Below are positions 1-10,984 of a stretch of 64,000 bases of DNA, piece after piece. Position numbers and translations under genes: made by a program. The first letter of the stretch is position 1; each line of letters starts with the position of its first letter. The stretch comes from an uncultured delta proteobacterium (lineage in GTDB: Bacteria; Desulfobacterota; WTBG01), in assembly GCA_963793865.1 (NCBI GenBank), contig CAWCBP010000001.1, positions 480,001-544,000 of the forward strand, read 5' to 3'. The notes beneath the pieces are model-generated. The model made no database searches. It was not told the origin of the DNA and saw only the letters and a program-made list of their open reading frames with translations.

Positions 1-37
1 TAGGCGCAAATCCGGAATTCGAAGCGAAATTCGAAAA

Positions 38-189
38 AATGACAAAGTTCAAATAACAAAATCCAAATGAAAAGTGACAAAGCTCAAATGACAAAAAGTT
101 CAAAACAAACCCGTTCGCTTGGCTGGTTTGATTATTGGTCATTTGTTTTTTTTCATTGTTTTGAACTTTGCATTTTGCACTTTGACATT
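38..189. repeat. AT-rich imperfect inverted-repeat element with ~7-nt periodicity
   Basis: Left arm AATGACAAAGTTCAAATAACAAAATCCAAA... pairs imperfectly with right arm ...TTTTGAACTTTGCATTTTGCACTTTGACATT. Confidence 0.6.
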
Positions 190-201
190 CACGAGCAGCC
201 A

Positions 202-1140
202 TCACTGCTGGCTGCCGTGCGGGTACCACCTGCGGATGACAAACTGCTTCTGTTCGGGTAACTCCTTGACATTGTAGCTGTTGACCGGTATCCGGTCCTT
301 CAAAATTTCAGTCAGCACCTCCCCGACAGTCCTGATTCTAACGCCGCCCTGGTTGCCGGCGCGGGTCTTGTCATAATCAAGCCGGCTTTCGATGACCCGG
401 TCCCGGTCGAGAACAATGATCACATGTCCCGGCCAGACAATGATATCCAACGGTTCGACCGCTTGAATGATCTGAGCGAGGGGTGCATCTGCGATGGGCA
501 CCGCCTCTCCGAAGTTTACAAGCTCGCACGTGTTCCGCGGTGTCCAGCCGCCGGTTGCCTGGTAGAGAAGGCCGGAGCAGTCCAATCCCTGAAGCATCCG
601 CCGGTTGCGTTCCTCCTGAGTGAGGGCGGCGGGTGGAGGGTAGAACGAAAGCATCTGCGGTATCCCCTCCCTCACGTTGCCGCCCCAGAGATAGGGGCTG
701 CCCTCCGAAGAGATCAGAAAAGCGATGATGGCATTTTTGTCCGGGAGGCGCTTCTCGCGCCCGGGAGGTTTTTCAACGCTGGCGCGTACGAACCTGCTGT
801 CTATGTAGTATCCGCCCGCCGAGGGATAGGGGTAATCGGCCGTCGTTACCCGGTATACGGTTTCCTCATCCCTGCGGATCACCGCCTCGATGGTAAACAC
901 GGTGCCCGGAAGGGCGATAAACTCCAGTTCGCGCAAAAGGCCTGTATCATGCCGGTCACCCGGTTGGGCGGTCTGCCTGCCGAGGATGGAGGATGCTTCC
1001 GCGGTGTTAAGCACCGGTGTAGGCAATATGGATAGTGCGTAGCCGGGGGACGGCCGTGTCATCTGCTGTCCCGGGATGTCAGCGGTTGCGCAACCGCCAA
1101 GAAGAAGGAGAAGGAAAACCGCTTTCAGCTGTGCCGGCAT
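202..1140 (-). CDS. NlpC/P60-family peptidoglycan endopeptidase, probable lipoprotein
   Basis: Contains PYLWGG, GLDCSG and GHV catalytic motifs. N-terminus MPAQLKAVFLLLLLGGC has a lipobox. Confidence 0.75.
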   Translation of the reverse strand: MPAQLKAVFLLLLLGGCATADIPGQQMTRPSPGYALSILPTPVLNTAEASSILGRQTAQPGDRHDTGLLRELEFIALPGTVFTIEAVIRRDEETVYRVTTADYPYPSAGGYYIDSRFVRASVEKPPGREKRLPDKNAIIAFLISSEGSPYLWGGNVREGIPQMLSFYPPPAALTQEERNRRMLQGLDCSGLLYQATGGWTPRNTCELVNFGEAVPIADAPLAQIIQAVEPLDIIVWPGHVIIVLDRDRVIESRLDYDKTRAGNQGGVRIRTVGEVLTEILKDRIPVNSYNVKELPEQKQFVIRRWYPHGSQQ

Positions 1141-1163
1141 CGTCGCGCCCCGGCACGAACAGG

Positions 1164-1496
1164 CTATATGCCGATATTTGAGAGCATCACGCATATGCGG
1201 TTAACCGTGCCTACCAGGGTTGGGTGGGACGTCTCAAATCCCTTTACCGACGAGGCCAGGCCTTCCAGGGATACCTTTACCAGCTGGGGGTTCTTGTCCT
1301 GCCGAAGGGTCTCATGGGTGGAGACGGTGGTGAATCCCAGAATGCTTTCCGCCTCTTCACGACATGTTTTGGCCAGCTCTTCGATCTCGGTTTTCAGGGT
1401 TCCAAGCAGCGTGAGCAGCTCTGCCCGGTTGTCCTGCTTCATCGAATCGAGCTGTTTGACCTTTTCTTCTATGGCGGAAATAGTTTTTTTAATCAT
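1164..1496 (-). CDS. Small helical hypothetical protein (DUF4404-like)
   Basis: C-terminus FETSHPTLVGTVNRICVMLSNIGI matches the recalled DUF4404 pattern. Confidence 0.6.
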   Translation of the reverse strand: MIKKTISAIEEKVKQLDSMKQDNRAELLTLLGTLKTEIEELAKTCREEAESILGFTTVSTHETLRQDKNPQLVKVSLEGLASSVKGFETSHPTLVGTVNRICVMLSNIGI

Positions 1497-1564
1497 TTTT
1501 CAACTCCCGTCGCGCTTGTCTTAAAAACGGATTTCCGGTATCAGCTGCATTCCCCTTTATGGTT

Positions 1565-1777
1565 TCAGCCGACACCCCTGAGCCGTGAGATTTTTCCCTC
1601 TATCATCAGAATGTGTTTATGTTCTTCATCGCGCAGCTGCTCCAGCAGTTCCTGGACCACCGTTACCGTCGAGCTGTTGATGAGCTGATTGTAAAAAGCG
1701 TAGGCTTCCCTTTCTTTTCTCAGGGCAGCGGTGAGGATGTCGATCGGTGTGCCCTGAGGGCGCTGTTTGGGTCGCAT
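1565..1777 (-). CDS. Short rubrerythrin/ferritin-like protein
   Basis: ALRKEREAYAFY...LRDEEHKH gives a single E...ExxH half of a diiron helix pair. Confidence 0.65.
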   Translation of the reverse strand: MRPKQRPQGTPIDILTAALRKEREAYAFYNQLINSSTVTVVQELLEQLRDEEHKHILMIEGKISRLRGVG

Positions 1778-1821
1778 AGTGACCGCTCCGAACTGGTAAA
1801 GGTTTATGACGCGGGAACAGT

Positions 1822-3472
1822 TTATCCCGCGCTGCGGGATGCGGCGGCGATAAGCGCCTGCGCCTCCTCCTGGATGAGCCGCAGATGGTCTTCACCCTTG
1901 AAGCTTTCCGCGTACATCTTGTACACATCTTCAGTGCCGGACGGCCGTGCCGCGAACCAGCCGTTTTCGGTGATTACCTTAAGCCCGCCGATGGAAGCGC
2001 CGTTGCCGGGGGCTTCGGTCAGGACGGCAGTGATCTTTTCCCCGGCCATTTCAGAAGCGGTGATGTGCCGGGGTGAAAGATGCTGCAGTGCCGCCTTAAG
2101 CTCGGGGGTTGCCGGCGCGTCGATCCGTTCATACACCGGGTTGCCGAAACGCCCGGTAAGCTCTGCATACAGTTCGCCGGGGTCGCGGCCGGTTACGGCG
2201 GTGATTTCCGCGGCCAGCAAATCCATGATGAAGCCGTCCTTATCGGTGGTCCAGACGGTGCCGTCCCTGCGGACAAAGGCCGCGCCGGAACTTTCTTCCC
2301 CGCCGAACGCGCATGATCCGTCAAGCAGGCCGCCGACAAACCACTTGAACCCCACGGGGACCTCACTCAATTTTCTCCGCAGCGCGCGGGCAACCCTGTC
2401 GATCATGGAGCTGCTCACCAGGGTTTTCCCGATTGCGGCATCCTCCCGCCATCCCGGCCGGTTCCGGAAGAGATACCAGATCGCCGCCGAGAGGTAATGG
2501 TTGGGGTTCAGAAGCCCCCCGCTCCGGGTGACGATGCCGTGCCGGTCATAATCGGGATCGTTGCCGAAGGCGATGTCATACTTGTCCCTGAGCCTGATGA
2601 GGCCGGCCATGGCAAAGGGGGACGAGCAATCCATCCTGATTTTTCCGTCCCTGTCCACGGTCATGAAGCTGAAGGCAGGATCGGCAAACCCGTTAAACAC
2701 ATCGATGTTTAATTGGTAACGCTCGGCGATGGGCTCCCAGAATGCGATGCCGGACCCTCCCAGGGCGTCCGCACCTATCTTCAGACCCGGCGGACTGCAC
2801 GGCATCGAGGTCGATACAATGCCTGAGATCATCCACATAAGGGGTAATGTAGTCATATGCGCGGGTTGTGTCCGCGCGCACCGCCTTCGCGCAGGGGATC
2901 CTGCGCACATGCTTATTGTTGCCGGCCAGCAGTTCATTGGCTTCTTTTTCAATCCAGCCGGTGGTGGCGGTATCGGCAGGGCCTCCGTGCGGAGGATTGT
3001 ATTTGAAACCTCCGTCATCCGGTCCATTGTGAGAAGGGGTGATGACAATGCCGTCAGCCGGGTGCGGTTTATTGCCCCGGTTGTAGCCGAGAATGGCGTG
3101 CGAAATAACCGGGGTAGGGGTGTAGCCCGAATCCATGTGCACCATCACCTCGATGCCGTGGGCGGCAAGCACTTCCAGGGCGGTGGAATGGGCCGGCTCG
3201 GAGAGCGCATGCGTGTCCTTGCCCAGGAAAAGAGGGCCGGTGATGCGGTGAGCGACGCGGTAACGGCAGATGGCCTCGGTGATGGCAAGGATGTGATCTT
3301 CGTTGAAGCTGCCTTTAAGCGAGGAGCCGCGGTGTCCGGAGGTGCCGAAGGCCACCAGCTGGCTTTTGACCTGCGGGTCCGGATGGCGGGTGTAGTATGC
3401 GCTCACCAATAGGGGGATATTGGTCAGCAGTGACCGGGGAACCTGTTTGCCTGCGAGGGGGTGAGGCTGCAT
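1822..3472 (-). CDS. pgm: Phosphoglucomutase (one frameshift near 2787)
   Basis: [25 protein letters not shown] and RPSGTE motifs, split over ORFs 2693..3472 and 1822..3048. Confidence 0.9.
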
Positions 3473-3513
3473 GGGCGTCGCCTATGATGTAATGCTGCTG
3501 TAGCCGAAAGCAA

Positions 3514-5193
3514 TTATTTCCGTTTCTGCACCTCTTTTTTGATGCGCTGGACATGCCCGCGCCCCAGCGCCTTTACTTCGCATCCCAGCTCGAAGTAGCG
3601 CCGGATGGCCTGGTCGGGCAGGATGCCGAAGCAGTCGATCACCGCCGGCGGGCGCCCCGCCCAGCGCACCACGTCATCGGGATTGAGCGTGAGATAGGCG
3701 GTGTGGGGAACGGCAAAGATCACCGCCTCCACGCCCTGGAGCGCTTCCGGGAGGTCCTTGAGGACCCGGATGTGCGCCAGGGCTTCCTGGCTTCTGAAAA
3801 AGCGCTTCCAGGAATGTGTCGCTGAGGGATAGCTGTCCTGGCTTTCAAGCTCATACCAGTGGTCCACGTAGGGATCGTGCACCCGCATGTCGGCGCCCAT
3901 TTCGGTCAGCTTGCGGACCACCAGCTCGCTTCCGCTGTAACGGGTGTCACCCACGTCCTGCCGGTAGCTGGCGCCGCAGATGAGCACTTCCGCCCCGGCG
4001 ATATACCGGTCCATGTTGCGCAGCGCGTCGCGGGTAAGCTCGGCCGCGTGCAGCGCCCGGGTGTCGTTGATGTCGATCACCGCCGGGGTGATCCTGAAGA
4101 CGCTCTCCCCGTCTTCGAATCCCAGAATGTGGCGGTAGGCCCAGTAGCCGAGGCCGCCGTCCTTGGGCAGGCAATAGCCGCCGATGCCGGGCCCGGGAAA
4201 GATGATATTGCTGTGCGTGGGGCGCATTTTTATGGCGCTGATGACCTTGATCAGGTCCACCCCGTTGCGCTCGGCAAAAAGGCTCCATTCGTTGAGAAAG
4301 GCAAGGATGGTGGCGCGGTAGGTGTTTTCCACGATCTTGGTGGTTTCCGATTCAATCGGCCGGTCCATGATGGTCAGCGGGTAGTCCCTGGTGTTGAGCA
4401 CCTCGCGGAGAAACTTCTCCACCCGCTCCCGCGCTTCGGGGGTGCATCCGGCGCAGACGCGCCAGAAATCGCGTATGCTCGACACGTACTCCCGGCCCGG
4501 CATCACCCGCTCGAAGCTGTGGGCGAGCAGCGGCTCCGACTCTATGCCCCGCTGGGCGAACGACTTCTTGAGAATGGGCCAGGCGACAAATTCGGTTGTC
4601 CCCGGCGCGACCGTTGTCTCAATCAGCACCAGGCAGGGCGGCGGAATGCTCCTGCCGATGGTGCGCATGGTTTCCTCGAGGGCCGCCATTTCAGCCTCGC
4701 CGGTTCGCATGTCACCCAGGTCATGCTTGGTGTAGTCGCACTGCACGTCCACCACCACGCAGTCGGCAAGGGAGAGACACTGGCTGTTGTAGGTGGCAAC
4801 CAGGGTTTTTTTATCCACCACGCAGCGCTTGATAATGGCCGGCACCTCCGGGTCCTCGGCGGTGACCGGGGCCTCGCCCCGGTTGAGCAGGGGGATTTTC
4901 CAGTAGCTGCGGGTGCTCGGCCTCTGGCACCCGATGACGAATTTGCTGCTGCGGCCCTTTTCATCCGTGGTGTCGGCAATAATGGCCGCCATCACCGCGC
5001 CGACAAAACCCACGCCCATTACCACCACGATTTCCCTTCCTTCAGCCCGCGCCCGCTCCGCCAGTTTTTGGATGCGTTCGAACTCGGCAGGGTAATCCTG
5101 CGGTCCGGGAATGGTAAACCGCTCACCTGCGGGACTCACTGAACAGGGCATGTCGGATTCCTGCTGTGCTGGGATGATCTTTCTGCTTGCCAT
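3514..5193 (-). CDS. Nucleotide-sugar (UDP-glucose/GDP-mannose family) dehydrogenase
   Basis: GVGFVG Rossmann motif, ETTVAPGTT, KIVENTYR and GIGGYCLPKD. AAAGGAG lies upstream of ATG 5193; alternative start 5151. Confidence 0.85.
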   Translation of the reverse strand: MASRKIIPAQQESDMPCSVSPAGERFTIPGPQDYPAEFERIQKLAERARAEGREIVVVMGVGFVGAVMAAIIADTTDEKGRSSKFVIGCQRPSTRSYWKIPLLNRGEAPVTAEDPEVPAIIKRCVVDKKTLVATYNSQCLSLADCVVVDVQCDYTKHDLGDMRTGEAEMAALEETMRTIGRSIPPPCLVLIETTVAPGTTEFVAWPILKKSFAQRGIESEPLLAHSFERVMPGREYVSSIRDFWRVCAGCTPEARERVEKFLREVLNTRDYPLTIMDRPIESETTKIVENTYRATILAFLNEWSLFAERNGVDLIKVISAIKMRPTHSNIIFPGPGIGGYCLPKDGGLGYWAYRHILGFEDGESVFRITPAVIDINDTRALHAAELTRDALRNMDRYIAGAEVLICGASYRQDVGDTRYSGSELVVRKLTEMGADMRVHDPYVDHWYELESQDSYPSATHSWKRFFRSQEALAHIRVLKDLPEALQGVEAVIFAVPHTAYLTLNPDDVVRWAGRPPAVIDCFGILPDQAIRRYFELGCEVKALGRGHVQRIKKEVQKRK

Positions 5194-5239
5194 GAGGCCG
5201 GTACTCCTTTCGCTGCGTGGCATGAATAAGATGCGGTGA

Positions 5240-5464
5240 CTAAAGCGTCCCTTTGCCCTTGTTCGTTCCCGCGCGGTAACTGTAGAATGCCGCAAGAATG
5301 AAGCCGAAGCCGATTCCCAGAAGCAGGGTTAACCCGATGAGAATGATCTGTGGCATGCGCAGTTCCCACAACAAAAGTTTCACCGCCACATCCTGGGTGT
5401 TCTGGATCAGGATGATCAGCAAGAGGGTGACCGCCGCCGTGGCAATGATCATTTTTGGTTTCAT
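5240..5464 (-). CDS. LapA/DUF1049-like small membrane protein
   Basis: Two hydrophobic helices joined by IQNTQDVAVKLLLW. Confidence 0.65.
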   Translation of the reverse strand: MKPKMIIATAAVTLLLIILIQNTQDVAVKLLLWELRMPQIILIGLTLLLGIGFGFILAAFYSYRAGTNKGKGTL

Positions 5465-5706
5465 AATAAGCACCCCCTGCCGTTCCGGTTTCCAATTTCT
5501 GGTTCAATGATATAAAATTATATACCACAACGGACATTAAATAAAAATCAAAAAAGAGCGGGCAGCCCCTCTTCCCTGTGCATGAACGCCTGCCCGCAGG
5601 GTTTGTGTTTTGCAAACGGCATTTTTATGTTAGGATAGGCTCCATGTGCGGAAGCGGGGAAAAATGAGCGGGTCGTGTGCGTATCTCTCACCCTGAAGCG
5701 AGTGCC

Positions 5707-7095
5707 ATGTTTGCACCGGGAAAGATAAAAAAAACCATACAAAAATACCGGATGCTTGAGCCGGGAGACAGGGTCGTGGTCGGTGTGTCGGGCGGGCCGG
5801 ACTCAATTATGCTCTGCCATGTGTTGCACCGGCTCCGCGGCGGCTATAAGCTGGACCTGACGGTTGCCCATCTCAATCACGGGGTGCGCGGAGCCGAGGC
5901 CGCGCGGGACGCCCGCTTCGTGGAGCGATTTGCCCGCGGGCTCGGACTTCCCTGCGTGGTGCAGGAAGCAGATGTCCCTGCCTACTGCAGGGAGAACGCG
6001 CGCTCCTTCCAGGAGGGGGCACGAGAAGTCCGGTACCGGTTCCTGGAAGAGGTGCGGAACAGGTGCCGGGCAAATAAAATTGCCCTGGGCCACAATGCTG
6101 ACGACCAGGCGGAAACGCTCATGCTCTGGCTGCTGCGAGGGTCGGGTCTCAAGGGACTGGGCGGCATGCCGCCGGTACGGGACGGCGTCATCATACGGCC
6201 CCTGATCGAAACCACCCGGGAGGAGATTGAAGCCTATCTCAGGAACCGGGAAATTGACTTTGTGACGGACAGCTCCAACCTGAAAGGTGAGTATGTAAGA
6301 AACCGTTTGCGCCGGGAGATTTTCCCCCTTTTAAAAAAGGATTTCAACCCGCAGCTGGTAAAAGCCCTGGTTACCACCGCATCGATAATAAGCATGGAAA
6401 ACGAATACCTGGATAAAATAGCTCATAAAAAACTTAAAACAGTTCTGGCATCGCAAAACGAAAACGGCGCGGTCGTAGACTGTGACCGCTTTGCCGCCTT
6501 GCCCCCGGTCATTCAGCTCCGCTGCTTGAGAGCAATCCTGGCGGGCCTCAAGGGAAACCTGATGCGCATAAGCGCCACGCACCTGTATGATCTCATGGGG
6601 ATAATGGCGGGCGTTGAATCGCACAAAAAACTGAAGCTGCCGGACGGGATTCGGGCTGAAAAGTCGTACCGCTTCCTGACGCTTACCACCGGGCTTGCTG
6701 CCGTTACCTCCCCCTTCAGCTATCAGTTTGAGGCAATGCCGGAACAGGTGGTGATCCCGGAGATAGGGAAGCGGATGACCTTTACTTTGCTGCGGAGACG
6801 GGGAATGGCACCGGAAAGGAACCCCGCAGTCGCCTGCCTTGACGCTGACGGGGTGCGCATGCCGCTTACCGTTCGCAGCGCGAAACCCGGGGATTTCTTT
6901 CAGCCGCTGGGCATGGGGGGGAAGAAGAAAATACAGGACCTCTTTACCGATGAAAAGGTGCCCGGGGCGGAGCGAAGGCGCATTCCCCTGGTCCTGTTCG
7001 GTGATGAAGTGGCCTGGGTGGGAGGCATGAGGATCAATCACCGCCTGAGGGTAACCGCTAAAACAAGGAGGGTGCTGAAAATTGAAATGGAATAG
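5707..7095 (+). CDS. tilS: tRNA(Ile)-lysidine synthetase
   Basis: SGGPDS PP-loop, HLNHG, HNADDQAET and IRPL motifs; immediately upstream of ftsH. Confidence 0.95.
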   Translation: MFAPGKIKKTIQKYRMLEPGDRVVVGVSGGPDSIMLCHVLHRLRGGYKLDLTVAHLNHGVRGAEAARDARFVERFARGLGLPCVVQEADVPAYCRENARSFQEGAREVRYRFLEEVRNRCRANKIALGHNADDQAETLMLWLLRGSGLKGLGGMPPVRDGVIIRPLIETTREEIEAYLRNREIDFVTDSSNLKGEYVRNRLRREIFPLLKKDFNPQLVKALVTTASIISMENEYLDKIAHKKLKTVLASQNENGAVVDCDRFAALPPVIQLRCLRAILAGLKGNLMRISATHLYDLMGIMAGVESHKKLKLPDGIRAEKSYRFLTLTTGLAAVTSPFSYQFEAMPEQVVIPEIGKRMTFTLLRRRGMAPERNPAVACLDADGVRMPLTVRSAKPGDFFQPLGMGGKKKIQDLFTDEKVPGAERRRIPLVLFGDEVAWVGGMRINHRLRVTAKTRRVLKIEME

Positions 7096-7259
7096 TTGCG
7101 GGTTTTCGGATAAAACATTTGATGATCGGGAATGTTTGTGTTAAAATTGCACGAAATATGGCTGAAATATTGAGGGGGGCAGGTATGGGTACATGCCCGT
7201 ATTCCGGTTGTCGGGCATGAACAGGCACAGCAGTTTCTTCCTATCCCGTGAGGTGCGCA

Positions 7260-9090
7260 TTGAACCGTTTCAATAAAAATATTGCCCTGTGGCTCGGCGT
7301 GGTGCTGGTTTTTGTTCTGCTGATCAATCTGTTCAGCCAGCCGAGAGTAAAGCGGGATGATATTAACTTTTCCGAATTTCTGGATCTGGTGGCGAAAGGC
7401 GAGGTGAGTGAGGTTCTCATCCAGGGCAGCGACGTTGAGGGCACGCTCCTGAACAGCCGGCGCTTTAAGACCTACAACCCCGGCTATGCCAGGCTGGTTG
7501 AGGACCTGCGGGAAAAGGGGGTCATGATCACCGGTGAAGCGGAAAAGCAGTCCCCCTGGACCACCATCCTCATCAGCTGGTTTCCCATGATCATTATCAT
7601 CGCCATCTGGATCTTTCTCATGCGGCAGATGCAGACGGGCGGCGGCAAGGCGATGTCTTTCGGCAAAAGCAGGGCCAAGCTGCTGACCGAACAGCAGCAG
7701 AAGGTGACCTTCGAGGATGTCGCCGGCATCGACGAGGCCAAGGAAGAGCTGGAGGAGATTATCGAGTTCCTCAAGGAACCCAAAAAGTTCACCCTGCTGG
7801 GGGGCCGGATTCCGAAGGGGGTGATTCTCATGGGCGCGCCGGGGACGGGCAAGACCCTCCTCGCGCGGGCCATTGCCGGGGAGGCGGGAGTGCCCTTCTT
7901 CAGCATCAGCGGATCCGACTTCGTGGAGATGTTTGTGGGCGTGGGTGCGTCGCGGGTGAGGGATCTTTTCATGCAGGGCAAAAAAAACGCCCCCTGCATC
8001 ATATTTATTGACGAGATCGACGCCGTGGGAAGGCACCGCGGCGCCGGCCTCGGCGGCGGGCATGATGAGCGCGAGCAGACGCTGAATCAGCTCCTGGTGG
8101 AGATGGACGGGTTTGAATCCAATGAAGGGGTCATCCTGATTGCCGCCACCAACCGGCCGGATGTGCTTGATCCCGCCCTGCTGCGCCCGGGCAGGTTTGA
8201 CCGCCGGGTGGTGGTTCCCATTCCCGACATCAAGGGCCGCAGAGGGAATTTTAAAGGTGCATTCCAAGAACAAGCCGCTGGCGGACGATGTGGATCTGGA
8301 GACCATCGCCAAAAGCACGCCGGGCTTCTGCGGCGCCGACTTGTCCAACCTGGTGAATGAAGCCGCCTTAATGGCGGCCCGCAAAGAGAAGAAGAAGATT
8401 GACCGCTCGGACTTTGAGGTTGCCAAGGACAAGGTGGTGATGGGTGTTGAGCGCAAGAGCATGATCATCAGCGCCCAGGACAAGGAAAATACGGCATACC
8501 ATGAAATAGGGCACGTGCTGGTGGCCAAGCTCATACCCGAAACCGATCCCATACACAAGGTGACCATCATTCCCCGCGGCTGGTCGCTTGGCCAGACGCA
8601 CTATCTGCCCGATGAGAAGTACACCAAGCAGAGAAAATTCCTGCTGGCGGAGATCGCGGTGCTGCTGGGGGGCAGGGCGGCGGAGGAGATTGTCAATAAG
8701 GACGTGAGCACCGGCGCGGGCAATGACCTGGAGCGCGCAACCGACCTGGCGCGCAAGATGGTCTGCGACTGGGGCATGAGCGACAAGCTGGGGCCGCTTA
8801 CCTTCGGCAAAAAGGAGGAGCAGATCTTTCTGGGCCGGGAGATTGCCCAGCACCGCGACTACAGCGAGGATACGGCGGAGCGGATCGATGAAGAGGTGAG
8901 AAGAATTATTATGGAGAATTATGAGCGGGCCAAGCAGCTGCTGGTTGAGAACACGGGCCTGCTCCACCGTCTGGCCAGGGAGCTGCTGGAGAAGGAAGTG
9001 CTGGATAACAGCGAGATCGAAAAAATAATGAAGGACTATAATCCCCTCGATAACCACACGTTTACAACGGTGCGGGAAATGGGCGGATAG
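7260..9090 (+). CDS. ftsH: ATP-dependent zinc metalloprotease FtsH (frameshift near 8241)
   Basis: Two TM helices, GAPGTGKT Walker [18 protein letters not shown] and HEIGH zinc motif. Split over 7248..8360 and 8140..9090; TTG start follows GAGGTG. Confidence 0.95.
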
Positions 9091-9154
9091 CATCTCTTCA
9101 CCGGCTCGCGCGGGCATGATCCGCGGCCCCGAGCGTCCTTCCAGACAGGTGCCT

Positions 9155-9204
9155 GTCATATTCCCCCGGAAACGGGGATGCAGTGGCGTATCCTCCCGGT
9201 GACG
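9155..9204. repeat. Degenerate REP-like palindromic element
   Basis: GTCATATTCCCCCGGAAACGGGGATG... hairpin, similar in style to the hairpin at 25219. Confidence 0.35.
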
Positions 9205-9247
9205 GTCCCAGTGATCGCCGGTTTCCACATTTCATGAGAAGCATGCA

Positions 9248-10139
9248 GTGGGTTCCTTAAACCCTTCCACTCATGGCAATTCCGCGGCGGAATGCCGGCT
9301 GCGGCTGGAGTGCGGGAGCTACCGCCTCGACTTCAGCAGGCGAACCCATATCATGGGCATCCTCAATGTGACGCCCGATTCGTTTTCCGACGGCGGCAGA
9401 TTTTTTGACCAGGGGCGTGCCGTGGATCACGCCCTGCGCATGGCGGACGAGGGTGCCGACGTCATCGACATCGGCGGGGAGTCCACCCGGCCGGGCGCCC
9501 GGCCTGTTTCCCTTGAGGAGGAGCGGCGAAGGGTGCTGCCGGTGATTGAGCGGCTTGCCGCCCGGATCCGGATACCCCTTTCGGTCGACACGGCCAAGGC
9601 GGCACTTGCGGCTGATGCCGTCAACGCAGGCGCCGTCATCATCAACGATGTCAGCGCGCTTCGCTCGGATCCGGAAATGGCGCCGCTGGCCGCCCAATGC
9701 GGTGCTGCGGTGGTGCTGATGCACATGCGGGGGACGCCGCAGGACCATGCAGCGGCAGGTCCTGTACCATGATGTGATCGCTGAGATCCATGCCTTCTTC
9801 CGGGAGCGCATCAGCGCCGCCCTGGCAGCAGGGATCGGTGAGCGGAGGATCATGATCGACCCCGGCATCGGTTTCGGCAAATCGGTGCCCGAGGGGAATC
9901 TCTCCCTGCTGAAGCACCTCGGCTGCTTTACAGCGCTCGAAAAGCCCCTTCTGGTCGGCCCCTCGCGGAAGGCCTTCATCGGTGAGGTGCTCGGCCTTGG
10001 CCCGGGCGAGAGGGAGGAGGGGACCGCCGCTGCGGTTGCCATCGCCATCGCCAACGGCGCCGCCATGGTGAGGGTGCATGATGTCAAGGTGATGAAGCGG
10101 GTGGCCGCCATGGCCGACGCCATCATGGCCGCCGGCTGA
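9248..10139 (+). CDS. folP: Dihydropteroate synthase (frameshift near 9743; start uncertain)
   Basis: MGILNVTPDSFSDGG, GGESTRPG, DPGIGFGK, SRK and RVHDV motifs. Confidence 0.93.
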
Positions 10140-10195
10140 ATCAATCCCCCTGCGCGGCGCATGCGGGCGCGCATCTGTTTCCCGGGAGACGGGCT

Positions 10196-10975
10196 GTGCT
10201 GGAAATAATTCAAAATCTTCGCCTCTGGGATATCATTGATATCCTCATTGTCACCTATGTCATTTATCGCATCATCCTGCTCATCAAGGGAACCCGCGCG
10301 GTCCAGATGCTCATCGGGCTGGTGGTGGTGATCGGGCTCTACGGCATATCCTATCGCATGGGGCTGTTTACCCTCCACTGGATCCTCAATAATTTTCTCG
10401 CTTCCATCATTCTGGTGGTGGTGGTCATCTTCCAGGAGGATATCAGACGGGCGCTGAGCCGCGTGGGCAGAAATCCCTTCATCGGCGGCAGCGGCGGCAG
10501 GCTGCAGGAAGTGGAGATGGTTGAGGAAGTGGTGCGGGCCAGCGCGGAGCTGGTGGAGCGGAAGGTGGGCGCGCTGATCGTGCTGGAGCGGAAAACCGGC
10601 CTCAATGATTACATTGAAAAGGGCGTGCGCATTGACGCCGTCGTGCAGCAGGAAACCCTGGTCAGCATATTTGTGCCCGAGTCGCCCCTCCATGACGGGG
10701 CGGTGATCATCCAGGAGGGACGGATCGCCGCGGCAGGATGCCTCCTGCCCCTGGATGCGTCCATAGAAATAAGCGGCACCTTCGGGACGCGGCACCGCTG
10801 CGGCTTGAGCCTCTGCAAGGAGACCGACGCGGTGGTGATTATCATTTCGGAGGAGCGGAACACCATTGCCCTGGCCTTTGACGGTACCATCAGGCTGAAC
10901 CTGAGCGAGCAGGTGCTCCGGGACACCCTGCTGAAACTGCTTCCCGCCGGGAAAGTGATGCTGAAACGGGCGTAG
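10196..10975 (+). CDS. cdaA: Diadenylate cyclase CdaA/DacA
   Basis: Three N-terminal TM helices; LHDGA and GTRHR catalytic motifs. Confidence 0.92.
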   Translation: MLEIIQNLRLWDIIDILIVTYVIYRIILLIKGTRAVQMLIGLVVVIGLYGISYRMGLFTLHWILNNFLASIILVVVVIFQEDIRRALSRVGRNPFIGGSGGRLQEVEMVEEVVRASAELVERKVGALIVLERKTGLNDYIEKGVRIDAVVQQETLVSIFVPESPLHDGAVIIQEGRIAAAGCLLPLDASIEISGTFGTRHRCGLSLCKETDAVVIIISEERNTIALAFDGTIRLNLSEQVLRDTLLKLLPAGKVMLKRA

Positions 10976-10984
10976 GTAAAAATC

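Noticed and set aside
67..261. 64-aa ORF
   Set aside because: It lies within the heptamer inverted-repeat element and overlaps the NlpC/P60 gene end.
8235..8255. Programmed ribosomal frameshifting in ftsH and the other split genes
   Set aside because: No shared slippery motif at the breaks. Scattered single-base indels fit sequencing error better.
7038..10795. Long antisense ORFs (e.g. 7038..8570, 9257..10795 and many others)
   Set aside because: Shadow frames opposite well-recognised genes in GC-rich DNA, with no motifs.
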